NCBI RefSeq assembly: GCF_032054105.1
Contig: NZ_DAMBTK010000003.1
Direction: 5' to 3' (one strand)
DNA from: Epilithonimonas sp.
GTDB taxonomy: Bacteria; Bacteroidota; Bacteroidia; Flavobacteriales; Weeksellaceae
DNA length: 64,000 nt
Every line of letters begins with the position of its first letter. The stretch's first letter is position 1. The notes under the pieces were generated by a model, which searched no databases, was not told the origin of the DNA, and was given only the letters and a program-made list of their open reading frames with translations. The translations under genes were made by a program, and so were the position numbers. This document shows, piece by piece, positions 1 through 8,221 of this stretch.

Positions 1-972
1 GTTGCAGGAAAGTCTGCTGCGGAAGTAAAAACTTACATGGACGCACAGATGAAGGAAGCGCTGGATTACTACACCCCTCAAGCTGAGAAAGGCTACAATC
101 TGGACTTCGATCCAAGAAAAGAAATCGTGGGCGATAATTATGATGATTATTCTGAAAAAAATTACGGAAATAATCATTATGAAGGTCCAGACGCAAAGCA
201 CGGAACACACGTTGCGGGAATTATTGCCGGATTGCCTAATGGTTCTGAGCCCCAATATGGAGTGGCTTCCAGAGTTGCAAAAATCATGACGGTTAGAGCT
301 GTTCCAGATGGTGATGAGAGAGATAAAGATGTTGCAAATGCAATCCGATATGCTGTGGACAATGGTGCGAAAATCCTTAACATGAGTTTTGGAAAGCCTG
401 TTTCTCCAGGTAAAAATGTGGTGTGGGATGCCTTCAAATATGCGGAAAGCAAAGGCGTACTTTTGGTAAAAGCTGCCGGTAATGAAAATGAGGATATTGC
501 TGAACACCAGTATTTTCCTACCAACTACAAATCAACTACTGATGAAAAACCTTTTGTCAATAATATGATAGTTGTAGGGTCTAATACTAATGATCCCAAC
601 GCTTTGAAATCAAGCTTTTCAAACTATAACAAGAAAATGGTAGATGTTTTTGCACCGGGCTCGGAAATCTATTCTACGGTCCCAGACGGAAAATATGAAT
701 ATTTACAAGGAACTTCTATGGCATCACCAGTAGTTGCTGGTGCAGCTGCGGTTTTATTGGCTTACATGCCAAATCTGAAACCAGAACAGATTATCGAGTC
801 ATTAGTAAAGACATCCAATGCGAGTACAAATAACGGATTCGAGAATCTTTCCAGATCTGCAGGCGTAATTGATGTTGCCAAAGCAGCAGAATATGCTTAT
901 AAGAATTTTTATAAAGTTGAAGTGCCTAAAAAGTCCAATAAAAAACCTGTAAGAAAAGCAAAAGCTAAATAA
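1..972 (+). CDS. Subtilisin-like (S8) serine peptidase, 5' end outside window
   Basis: Frame is open from base 1, with no stop upstream of the ATG at 37. His box HGTHVAG, AAGNEN and Ser box GTSMASP are present. The Asp box must lie upstream of the window. Confidence 0.85.
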   Translation, partial: VAGKSAAEVKTYMDAQMKEALDYYTPQAEKGYNLDFDPRKEIVGDNYDDYSEKNYGNNHYEGPDAKHGTHVAGIIAGLPNGSEPQYGVASRVAKIMTVRAVPDGDERDKDVANAIRYAVDNGAKILNMSFGKPVSPGKNVVWDAFKYAESKGVLLVKAAGNENEDIAEHQYFPTNYKSTTDEKPFVNNMIVVGSNTNDPNALKSSFSNYNKKMVDVFAPGSEIYSTVPDGKYEYLQGTSMASPVVAGAAAVLLAYMPNLKPEQIIESLVKTSNASTNNGFENLSRSAGVIDVAKAAEYAYKNFYKVEVPKKSNKKPVRKAKAK

Positions 973-1013
973 GGCTTTAGACAAAACAATATTTTAACAC
1001 GATTAGCATAGTC

Positions 1014-1046
1014 AAAAAAATCTGAGACATCCTCAGATTTTTTTTG
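1014..1046. terminator. Rho-independent terminator (A-run/hairpin/T-run, bidirectional shape)
   Basis: aaaaaaa-TCTGAG-acatc-CTCAGA-tttttttt directly after the S8 stop codon. Confidence 0.7.
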
Positions 1047-1099
1047 TTTTTATCCTTTGGCATAATTTTTAATAATAATTTAGCAGTAAATATAAAACT

Positions 1100-1597
1100 A
1101 TGAGAAAATTAATTTTTTTAGGAATGTTAGGTACAGCTTTAGTAGCTACTTCCTGCTCATCCAAGAAAACTGGAGTGAGCGCTGGTGAAGCACAGGCGCT
1201 TCGTGCAGATGTAATGAAACTAAAAGGTCAGTGGGATATTTCCAATATCGATTTTGATAGAAATTATTCCATAAAACCGTTCGATGAAGGTGCAAGTATT
1301 AATTGCTTTGTAGGCAGTTCTTGGACCCTCATTCCGAATAATTACACGGGAACTTATACGCTACATGGAGAAAACGGTTGTCCTTCCAAAATTCAGGCAA
1401 TTACTTTCAGTGTAGATAAAAACAGTGTAGTTACTATAAAAAAAGTGGGAGATGGAGAAAAAGCGAAACGTGTTTTGTCTGGTTACAAGCTAATGCTAGA
1501 AAATCCAACTGCAGATACGTTTACTTTGGTACAATCTCTTACAGCAGATGGAAAAGCGATGGATGTACGATATAATTTTGTAAGAAAAGGTAAATAA
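1100..1597 (+). CDS. Lipoprotein of unknown function
   Basis: Signal peptide with lipobox (LVATSC). No recognisable catalytic motif. Confidence 0.6.
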   Translation: MRKLIFLGMLGTALVATSCSSKKTGVSAGEAQALRADVMKLKGQWDISNIDFDRNYSIKPFDEGASINCFVGSSWTLIPNNYTGTYTLHGENGCPSKIQAITFSVDKNSVVTIKKVGDGEKAKRVLSGYKLMLENPTADTFTLVQSLTADGKAMDVRYNFVRKGK

Positions 1598-1611
1598 TAA
1601 ACACTTTTAAA

Positions 1612-2301
1612 ATGAAAATAAATAAACTAAACATAGCAGCATATTTTATCGCTGGTTCACTATTGCTAACAAGTTGTGAATCAGTCCAGAATGCTAACAA
1701 TACTCAGAAGGGTGCTGCTATCGGTACCGCAGCAGGTGCTGTAATTGGTGGTATTCTTGGAAACAATATTGGTAAAGGAGGAAACGCGCCACTTGGAGCA
1801 GTCCTAGGAGGTGTTGTCGGTGGGGTTGCCGGCGGTGTGATTGGTGACAAAATGGATAAGCAGGCTAAAGAAATCAAAGAAGTTCTACCAGGAGCTGAAG
1901 TAGAAAGAGTAGGTGAAGGTATTAAAGTTACTCTAAACGAAAATACTGTAAATTTTGATTTTAATTCTGCTAATCTTACTACAGTAGCTAAAACTAATTT
2001 AGATAAATTGGTAACAGTTCTGAAAAATAATCCAGACACTAATATCAATATTTATGGTCACACTGATAGTATTGGTAGTGATGCGGTAAACCTGAGAATC
2101 TCTTCTCAAAGAGCTGAAGCAGTTAAAAACTATCTTGTAGCAAAAGGGATTTCAGCTTCTAGAATGTTTACGGAAGGTCTTGGAAAGTCTAGCCCGATTG
2201 CATCCAATGATACAGATGCAGGAAGAGCTAAAAACAGAAGAGTAGAATTTGCAATTACTGCAAACGAGAAAATGATAGAAGACGCTAAACAAGGAAACTA
2301 A
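1612..2301 (+). CDS. OmpA-family lipoprotein with glycine-zipper N-terminal region
   Basis: Lipobox LLTSC, a Gly-rich GxxxG run, and a C-terminal OmpA-like domain (GHTDSIGS...NLRISSQRAEAV...NRRVEF). Confidence 0.85.
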   Translation: MKINKLNIAAYFIAGSLLLTSCESVQNANNTQKGAAIGTAAGAVIGGILGNNIGKGGNAPLGAVLGGVVGGVAGGVIGDKMDKQAKEIKEVLPGAEVERVGEGIKVTLNENTVNFDFNSANLTTVAKTNLDKLVTVLKNNPDTNINIYGHTDSIGSDAVNLRISSQRAEAVKNYLVAKGISASRMFTEGLGKSSPIASNDTDAGRAKNRRVEFAITANEKMIEDAKQGN

Positions 2302-2328
2302 AATTTTCTTAGCAAACTATAAAAATTC

Positions 2329-2351
2329 AAAACCGCAATTTGCGGTTTTTT
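2329..2351 (+). terminator. Rho-independent terminator after the OmpA-family gene
   Basis: AAAACCGCA-att-TGCGGTTTT followed by T residues. It overlaps the TTG start of the track ORF at 2340, which argues against that start. Confidence 0.75.
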
Positions 2352-2390
2352 CATTTTAATGCTACTTTTGTAGGATTATTGAAACACAGA

Positions 2391-3275
2391 ATGAAAAATT
2401 ATTTAAAACTAATGCGTGTAGAACAATGGGTAAAAAACTTATTCGTTTTTGCACCATTATTTTTTTCAGGCAATATTATGAACGCACATCTTTTTTATGA
2501 GAGTTTGTTTGCATTTGTAGTATTTTCATTCACAGCAAGTTCAATATACATACTAAACGATTATGTGGATATAGAATCCGACAAAAAGCATCCTGAAAAA
2601 AAAAACAGACCTCTGGCTAGTGGAGCAGTCTCCGAGCGGAGAGCAAAATTTTTATTCGTATTATTAATTCTTTCTTCAGCAGTATCAATTTTTGTAGGAA
2701 ACAATATCTTTCAGGTCAGTTTGTGGAAATTCGGGGTTATTATAATGACCTATTTTATTCTGAATATTTTCTATACTTTTAAACTGAAACACGTTGCCAT
2801 TGTGGATATCTGTATTATTGCGCTGGGTTTTGTGCTTAGGGTTTTAGCAGGTGGTTACGTTACAGGGATTATCGTTACCAATTGGGCTATCTTGCTCACA
2901 TTTGTTTTAGCATTAGTTTTGGCAATTGGAAAAAGAAGAGGAGAGCTTATCAATGCGCAGGTTTCCGGGAAAACAAGAAAAGCCTTAGATGGTTATAATG
3001 TTCAGTTTGCGGATATTGCGTTGTCTATCAGCTGTACTCTAGCTATTATTTGTTACCTCATGTTTACGCTTTCACCGGAAGTGCAGGCAAGATTCCACCC
3101 TCGTGTTTTTTATACAGTAATTTTTGTGGTTTTTGCTTTCCTGAGATATCTCCAGCAGACACTAGTTTACAATAAAACAGAATCACCAACCAAAATTGTT
3201 TATAAGGACCGATATATCCAGATTACAATTGTTTTATGGGTCATTGTTTTCCTTTTACAAATCTACTTTAAGTGA
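2391..3275 (+). CDS. UbiA-family decaprenyl-phosphate 5-phosphoribosyltransferase-like prenyltransferase
   Basis: Polytopic membrane protein. N-terminal RVEQWVKNLFVFAPLFF and NDYVDIESDKKHPEKKNRPLASG resemble Mycobacterium Rv3806c. Start moved to the ATG at 2391, which is preceded by a TACTTTTG -7 box at 2363-2370. Confidence 0.75.
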   Translation: MKNYLKLMRVEQWVKNLFVFAPLFFSGNIMNAHLFYESLFAFVVFSFTASSIYILNDYVDIESDKKHPEKKNRPLASGAVSERRAKFLFVLLILSSAVSIFVGNNIFQVSLWKFGVIIMTYFILNIFYTFKLKHVAIVDICIIALGFVLRVLAGGYVTGIIVTNWAILLTFVLALVLAIGKRRGELINAQVSGKTRKALDGYNVQFADIALSISCTLAIICYLMFTLSPEVQARFHPRVFYTVIFVVFAFLRYLQQTLVYNKTESPTKIVYKDRYIQITIVLWVIVFLLQIYFK

Positions 3276-3357
3276 TACAATTATTACTTTAAAAAACCAA
3301 CAAATCACGATGAAAAAATTTACTGCGATTGTATTGTGCGAAAAAAAATATTCATAG

Positions 3358-4677
3358 ATGAAGCCGAATTTTATTCAGAGAGTTACAAATTGGGGAAATT
3401 TCCCTGTTGTAGAAAAAGAAATGAAATCGGATGATTCTCTTTCTAAAATAAAACAATTTGTAAGAGAAAATAATGAAGTGATTGCCAGAGGTAATGGCCG
3501 CTGCTACGGCGATGCTTCTCTTGGTGAACATATTTTTTCTACCAAAAGACTCAATAAATTTATTTCATTTGACAGAATAAACGGAATTATAGAATGTGAA
3601 TCCGGTGTTCTATTATCTGAAGTTTTAGAAGTTTCTGTTCCGCAAGGTTACTTCCTTTACGTAACGCCTGGAACCAAATATATTTCCGTTGGTGGTGCAA
3701 TAGCTTCTGACGTTCACGGAAAAAATCATCACGCAGAAGGATGTTTCTCAGAATATGTGATTGAATTCAAATTATTGAATGAAAACTCAGAAATCATAAC
3801 TTGTTCCCGCGAAGAAAATTCAGATAAATTCTGGGCTACCATCGGCGGAATGGGTTTGACGGGAATTATTCTTTCAGCAAAATTCAAACTGAAAAATATA
3901 GAATCAGCTTACATCAGACAAGAAAGCATCAAAGCTGAAAATCTGGATGAGGTTTTCCAATTATTTGATGAAAGTGAAGATTGGACATATAATGTGGCTT
4001 GGATTGATTGTTTTCAAAAAGGAAAAAATCTTGGTCGTTCTATTTTGATGAGAGGTGAACACGCTTTGAAAGCTGAATTGCCATCCAATCTTCAGAAAAA
4101 ATCTTTGAAACTGAAAGAAAAATTTAAACCAACTGTCCCTTTTTATTTTCCAGGATTTGTTTTGAATGCCTTGACTATTAAGATTTTTAATTTCCTTTAT
4201 TACAATAAGCAAACGAAGAAACAACTCAATAATTTCATCGATTACGAAACCTTTTTCTATCCCTTGGATGTCATCAATGATTGGAATAAAATCTACGGAA
4301 AAAGCGGATTTATTCAGTATCAAATGGTAATTCCGAAAGAAAACGGAAAAGAAGGGATGAAACAAATTCTTGACGCCATTGCAAAAAGTGGAAACGGTTC
4401 TTTCTTAGCTGTTTTGAAGCTTTTTGGAAAGCATAATCCTCAAGCATATAACTCTTTTCCAATCGAAGGTTATACTTTGGCTTTAGATTTTAAAGTTAAT
4501 AAAGGATTGAAAAAACTAGTTGACCAACTGGACACCATTGTTGAGAATTTCGGAGGAAGAATTTACTTAACGAAAGACAGTATGAGCAAGTCTTCTTTGA
4601 CTAATTATCTTCAAAATGTGGATTCATCCAAGTTTGTATCACTTCAACATAAAAGAATATTGAGCGGAGGAAAATAA
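3358..4677 (+). CDS. FAD-dependent oxidoreductase, DprE1-like (decaprenylphospho-ribose 2'-oxidase family)
   Basis: ARGNGRCYGD and PGTKYISVGGAIASDVHGKNHHAEGCF closely parallel the DprE1 FAD-binding signature. Confidence 0.8.
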   Translation: MKPNFIQRVTNWGNFPVVEKEMKSDDSLSKIKQFVRENNEVIARGNGRCYGDASLGEHIFSTKRLNKFISFDRINGIIECESGVLLSEVLEVSVPQGYFLYVTPGTKYISVGGAIASDVHGKNHHAEGCFSEYVIEFKLLNENSEIITCSREENSDKFWATIGGMGLTGIILSAKFKLKNIESAYIRQESIKAENLDEVFQLFDESEDWTYNVAWIDCFQKGKNLGRSILMRGEHALKAELPSNLQKKSLKLKEKFKPTVPFYFPGFVLNALTIKIFNFLYYNKQTKKQLNNFIDYETFFYPLDVINDWNKIYGKSGFIQYQMVIPKENGKEGMKQILDAIAKSGNGSFLAVLKLFGKHNPQAYNSFPIEGYTLALDFKVNKGLKKLVDQLDTIVENFGGRIYLTKDSMSKSSLTNYLQNVDSSKFVSLQHKRILSGGK

Positions 4678-4725
4678 ACGCAATTTATACATTCTGTGTT
4701 TACAGATTATAAACTTTTGTAAGCG

Positions 4726-4829
4726 TTAGCGCCTTTGTGAACATTATAAAGAGTAAATTAAAGTCATTGTGCGCTTTGTGTTCAAAAAAATTACTTATAA
4801 AAACTAAAACTTAGCGCAACTTGCGTTCA
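4726..4829. repeat. Three ~18-nt imperfect direct repeats (ttaGCGCctTTGTGaaCA-like)
   Basis: Copies at 4726-4743, 4767-4784 and 4811-4829, spaced 41-44 nt apart, just upstream of the SDR gene. Confidence 0.5.
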
Positions 4830-4834
4830 ATAAA

Positions 4835-5560
4835 ATGATAGTATTAGGTTCCAATTCCGAAGTTGCACAAGCATTTGTAGAAGAATGTTTAGCTAAGGGA
4901 GAAAAATTTTCCACAATTTATTTGTTGAGTTCCAATCCGGAAACTACCGAGAAATTTGCTGGTCATATCAATGTGAAATTTCTTCAGCATTCTGAAATTA
5001 TTCCTTTGAATTTAATGAAAGAGATTGATTATAAGACTTTGGAAAACATCAATTCGGATTTGTTGTTTTGTGCTTCTGGTTATCTTGGTTTAGGAACGGA
5101 AGAAGGTCTTTATGACGACGAAAATACAGCACAGATTATTAATGTCAATTACGCAAAATTAATTCCTGTTCTTAATTTTTTCGGCAAAAAAATGGAATCT
5201 AAAAGAAGTGGAACAATAATCGTTCTATCATCCGTTGCCGGTGAAAGAGGAAGGCAAAGCAATTTCATCTACGGAAGTGCAAAAGCAGGCTTGACAGCTT
5301 ATTTGAGTGGACTGAGAAATTACTTATTCGATAAAAAAGTTCACGTTCTGACGGTAAAGCCTGGTTTTATGGATACCAAAATGACTGAAGGTTTACCTCT
5401 GAATCCTGCTTTGACAGCAACGCCTAAAAAAGCGGCAGCAGGAATTTATAAAGCTTACAAAAATAAAAAAGACGTTGCTTACGTTTTACCAATTTGGGCA
5501 ATCATTATGATGATAATCAGAAATATTCCTGAATTTATTTTTAAAAAATTGAAGCTTTAA
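4835..5560 (+). CDS. Short-chain dehydrogenase/reductase, DprE2-like
   Basis: SDR catalytic pattern (SSVAG...YGSAKAG) of about 240 aa, immediately downstream of the DprE1-like gene. Confidence 0.7.
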   Translation: MIVLGSNSEVAQAFVEECLAKGEKFSTIYLLSSNPETTEKFAGHINVKFLQHSEIIPLNLMKEIDYKTLENINSDLLFCASGYLGLGTEEGLYDDENTAQIINVNYAKLIPVLNFFGKKMESKRSGTIIVLSSVAGERGRQSNFIYGSAKAGLTAYLSGLRNYLFDKKVHVLTVKPGFMDTKMTEGLPLNPALTATPKKAAAGIYKAYKNKKDVAYVLPIWAIIMMIIRNIPEFIFKKLKL

Positions 5561-5566
5561 AATCTG

Positions 5567-6154
5567 ATGAAAAAATTATATCTATTCGACTTCGACGGAA
5601 CTTTAACATACAAAGACACGATGTTTTCGTTTTTGAAGTTTTATGACCCAGCCAAATTTTCTGTTCAGTTTCTGAAACACGTTCCGCTTTTTATTTTGTT
5701 AAAAATGAAATTGGCAGACGCAGAAGCTGTGAAAAAGAGCTTAATTTCATCAATTCTAAAAGGTCAATCCAGATATCAAATAGAAAAAAAAGCACAACAA
5801 TTCTTTGAAGAGAATTACCCTAATTTATTCAGAGAAAACGCTTTGGATTTTATTAATAATATCGATAGAACCAATACAGAATCTTATATTGTTTCGGCGT
5901 CTTTAGATATTTGGGTTAAGCCATTTGCTGAGAAATTTAATATGAAATTACTTTCTACTCAGGCAGAGTTCAAAGATGATATTTTTACGGGAAAATTCGT
6001 GGGGAAAAACTGTAACAAAGAAGAGAAAGTCAACAGAATTAAGCTTGAAATTGGCGATAAGAAATTTGATAAAATCATCGCATTTGGAGATACTTCAGGA
6101 GACAAATCAATGTTCAAATTCGCCAATGAATCTCATTACCGATTTTTTCACTAA
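5567..6154 (+). CDS. HAD-IB family hydrolase/phosphatase
   Basis: Motif I FDFDGTLT at the N-terminus and GDTSGD near the C-terminus. Confidence 0.75.
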   Translation: MKKLYLFDFDGTLTYKDTMFSFLKFYDPAKFSVQFLKHVPLFILLKMKLADAEAVKKSLISSILKGQSRYQIEKKAQQFFEENYPNLFRENALDFINNIDRTNTESYIVSASLDIWVKPFAEKFNMKLLSTQAEFKDDIFTGKFVGKNCNKEEKVNRIKLEIGDKKFDKIIAFGDTSGDKSMFKFANESHYRFFH

Positions 6155-6205
6155 TTTTGTGCTTTAATTTTTCGGCCTTTTTTCTGGCTTCAAATTTCAA
6201 TAAAA

Positions 6206-7378
6206 ATGGAAAGAATTTATTTGGATAACGCAGCAACTACGCCTCTCGATGATGAGGTGATAGACTGTATGGTGAATGTTTTAAGATTCAATTATGGCAA
6301 TCCGTCATCAACACACAGTTTGGGACAAGAAGCCAAGACCATTTTGGAGGAAGTAAGGCGAAAGATTGCAGATTCTTTGAAAGTAACTCCGGGAGAAATC
6401 GTTTTCACATCCTGTGGAACGGAATCCAACAATATGATTATCAAATCTGCGGTCAATTATCTCGGTGTTGAAAGAATCATCACTTCCGCTTTGGAACACA
6501 AGTGTGTTGCTGAGACTTGCCTTGAAATGAAGAAATTAAAAGGTGTTGAATTGGTTTACCTTAGACCAGATTCCAACGGAGACTTTGATTTGAATAAATT
6601 AGAAGAAGCTCTAAAATCCTCAGACAAAAAAACTTTGGTAACATTGATGCACGCTAATAATGAAATCGGGAATATTCTTGATATCGAAAAAGTAGCACAT
6701 CTTTGTAAAGAAAATAATACATTGTTCCATTCTGATACAGTTCAGACAATGGCGCATTTGGATTTAGATTTCTCAAAAATTCCGGTTGATTTTGCATCTT
6801 GTAGTGCACACAAATTTCACGGACCAAAAGGTGCTGGATTTGCATTCGTGAGAAAATCTTCAGGTCTGAAAGGAATCATTACAGGCGGACCTCAAGAAAG
6901 AAGTTTGAGAGCTGGGACTGAGAATGTAACCGGAATTGCAGGTTTAGGAAAAGCTTGGGAAATTTCTCAAAAGAAAATGGAAGATTATAAGAATCATATT
7001 CAAGACATTAAGAATTATACTATCCAACAATTAAAAGAAAAAATTGCTGGTGTAAAATTCAATGGTAGAAGTGCTGATGAAAACAGTTTATATACAGTTT
7101 TGAATCTTTTACTTCCTTATAAAAATCCTTTGATTGGATTGCAATTGGATATGAAAGGGATTGCCATTTCGCAAGGAAGTGCTTGTAGTTCTGGTGCGGC
7201 AAAACCGTCAATGGTTTTGATGTCTGTTTTGTCTGAAGAGGATTTGGACAACTCAACTCCGGTAAGAGTTTCATTCAGTCATTTTACTCAAAAATCTGAT
7301 ATTGATGCATTTGTGAGTGCGTTAGAAGAAATAGGTCAGCAATTCGTTATAGAAAAAGCTGATAGTTTACATAGATAA
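6206..7378 (+). CDS. Cysteine desulfurase (class V aminotransferase, NifS/IscS-like)
   Basis: PLP-lysine motif SAHKFHGPKG and active-site Cys loop SQGSACSSG. Confidence 0.85.
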   Translation: MERIYLDNAATTPLDDEVIDCMVNVLRFNYGNPSSTHSLGQEAKTILEEVRRKIADSLKVTPGEIVFTSCGTESNNMIIKSAVNYLGVERIITSALEHKCVAETCLEMKKLKGVELVYLRPDSNGDFDLNKLEEALKSSDKKTLVTLMHANNEIGNILDIEKVAHLCKENNTLFHSDTVQTMAHLDLDFSKIPVDFASCSAHKFHGPKGAGFAFVRKSSGLKGIITGGPQERSLRAGTENVTGIAGLGKAWEISQKKMEDYKNHIQDIKNYTIQQLKEKIAGVKFNGRSADENSLYTVLNLLLPYKNPLIGLQLDMKGIAISQGSACSSGAAKPSMVLMSVLSEEDLDNSTPVRVSFSHFTQKSDIDAFVSALEEIGQQFVIEKADSLHR

Positions 7379-7444
7379 TCAACAGAAGAAACAAAGATTA
7401 AATTTTGTAAATTTGTTTAATAAAACAATAAAGAAAAAGAAATC

Positions 7445-7762
7445 ATGGCAGTAGAAATTACAGATCAATCCTTTCAGGAAACAGTATTGAATTCAGATAA
7501 ACCAGTTTTAGTTGACTTTTGGGCAGCTTGGTGTGGACCTTGTAGAATGCTTGGACCAATCATCGAAGAAGTAGCAACCGACTTTGAAGGCAAAGCGTTG
7601 GTAGGTAAAGTAGATGTTGATAATAATCAGCAGATTTCTTTGGATTATGGAATCAGAAATATTCCTACCGTTTTAATTTTCAAAAACGGAGAAGTTGTAG
7701 ATAAAATCGTTGGTGTTGCACCAAAAGAAGTAATCGCTGAGAAGCTGAATGCTTTCTTATAA
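7445..7762 (+). CDS. trxA: Thioredoxin
   Basis: 105 aa with a canonical WCGPC active site. Confidence 0.9.
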   Translation: MAVEITDQSFQETVLNSDKPVLVDFWAAWCGPCRMLGPIIEEVATDFEGKALVGKVDVDNNQQISLDYGIRNIPTVLIFKNGEVVDKIVGVAPKEVIAEKLNAFL

Positions 7763-7786
7763 GAAATTAATATAATTGAAAATGAA

Positions 7787-7817
7787 CACCTTTCCATTTG
7801 AAAGGTGTTTTTTTTTG
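7787..7817 (+). terminator. Rho-independent terminator after trxA
   Basis: CACCTTTC-loop-GAAAGGTG followed by a 9-T run. Confidence 0.8.
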
Positions 7818-7896
7818 AAATTAATTTGCAGGATTGGATTATTGTTGTATTTTTGCAACCACAATAACGGAAGTACTAATCTTAGTTATGGCAAGA

Positions 7897-7970
7897 GATC
7901 CGGTAGTTCAGCTGGTTAGAATGCCGCCCTGTCACGGCGGAGGTCGCGGGTTCGAGTCCCGTCCGGATCG
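7897..7970 (+). tRNA. tRNA-Asp (anticodon GTC)
   Basis: Hand-folded cloverleaf of 74 nt. Acceptor stem GATCCGG/CCGGATC; D arm GTTC-AGCTGGTTA-GAAT; anticodon stem CCGCC/GGCGG with loop CTGTCAC; T arm GCGGG-TTCGAGT-CCCGT; discriminator G. No CCA is encoded. A TATTTTTG -7 box lies at 7848-7855. Confidence 0.9.
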
Positions 7971-7998
7971 CAACTATTACAACAAAGTAATACAAAAT

Positions 7999-8030
7999 GC
8001 AGTAAAATAGAGGTTTTACTGCATTTTTTG
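7999..8030 (+). terminator. Hairpin plus T-run downstream of the tRNA
   Basis: GCAGTAAAA-tagagg-TTTTACTGC followed by atttttt. Confidence 0.6.
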
Positions 8031-8071
8031 TTTTATGCCGGTATCAAAAAGAGTCAAATTTTCACAATCTG

Positions 8072-8120
8072 TCAGTGACCTATTCAGTGACCTATCGAGA
8101 AGGTTGAAAAAGGGTCACTG
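8072..8120. repeat. Three copies of CAGTGACC (two direct, one inverted), candidate integrase arm-type sites
   Basis: tCAGTGACCta at 8072-8082 and 8084-8094, and GGTCACTG at 8113-8120. They lie between the tRNA and the integrase start. Confidence 0.45.
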
Positions 8121-8221
8121 GAAAGTTTGAAAAACACCTGTGCAAGGGCTTATTCAAAGATTGAACATCTTGTAGCAGGGTTTATTTCAGATTAATTTTA
8201 ACTCCAAAATGATACAGCAAA

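Noticed and set aside
177-2048. Antisense ORFs 177-524, 802-984 and 1704-2048.
   Set aside because: They are shadow frames of the S8 peptidase and of the Gly-rich OmpA gene. The Pro/Thr-rich translation mirrors the GGN codons on the opposite strand.
2340-2390. TTG-extended N-termini in the ORF track (2340, 11887, 16986, 17772, 20081, 22665, 32674 and 54554).
   Set aside because: The extensions overlap terminators or upstream genes, or they place non-signal residues before obvious signal peptides. The downstream ATG starts give canonical N-termini.
5976-6167. 63-aa ORF in an alternative frame at the 3' end of the HAD hydrolase gene.
   Set aside because: It is fully overlapped by the HAD gene, whose frame carries the conserved GDTSGD motif.
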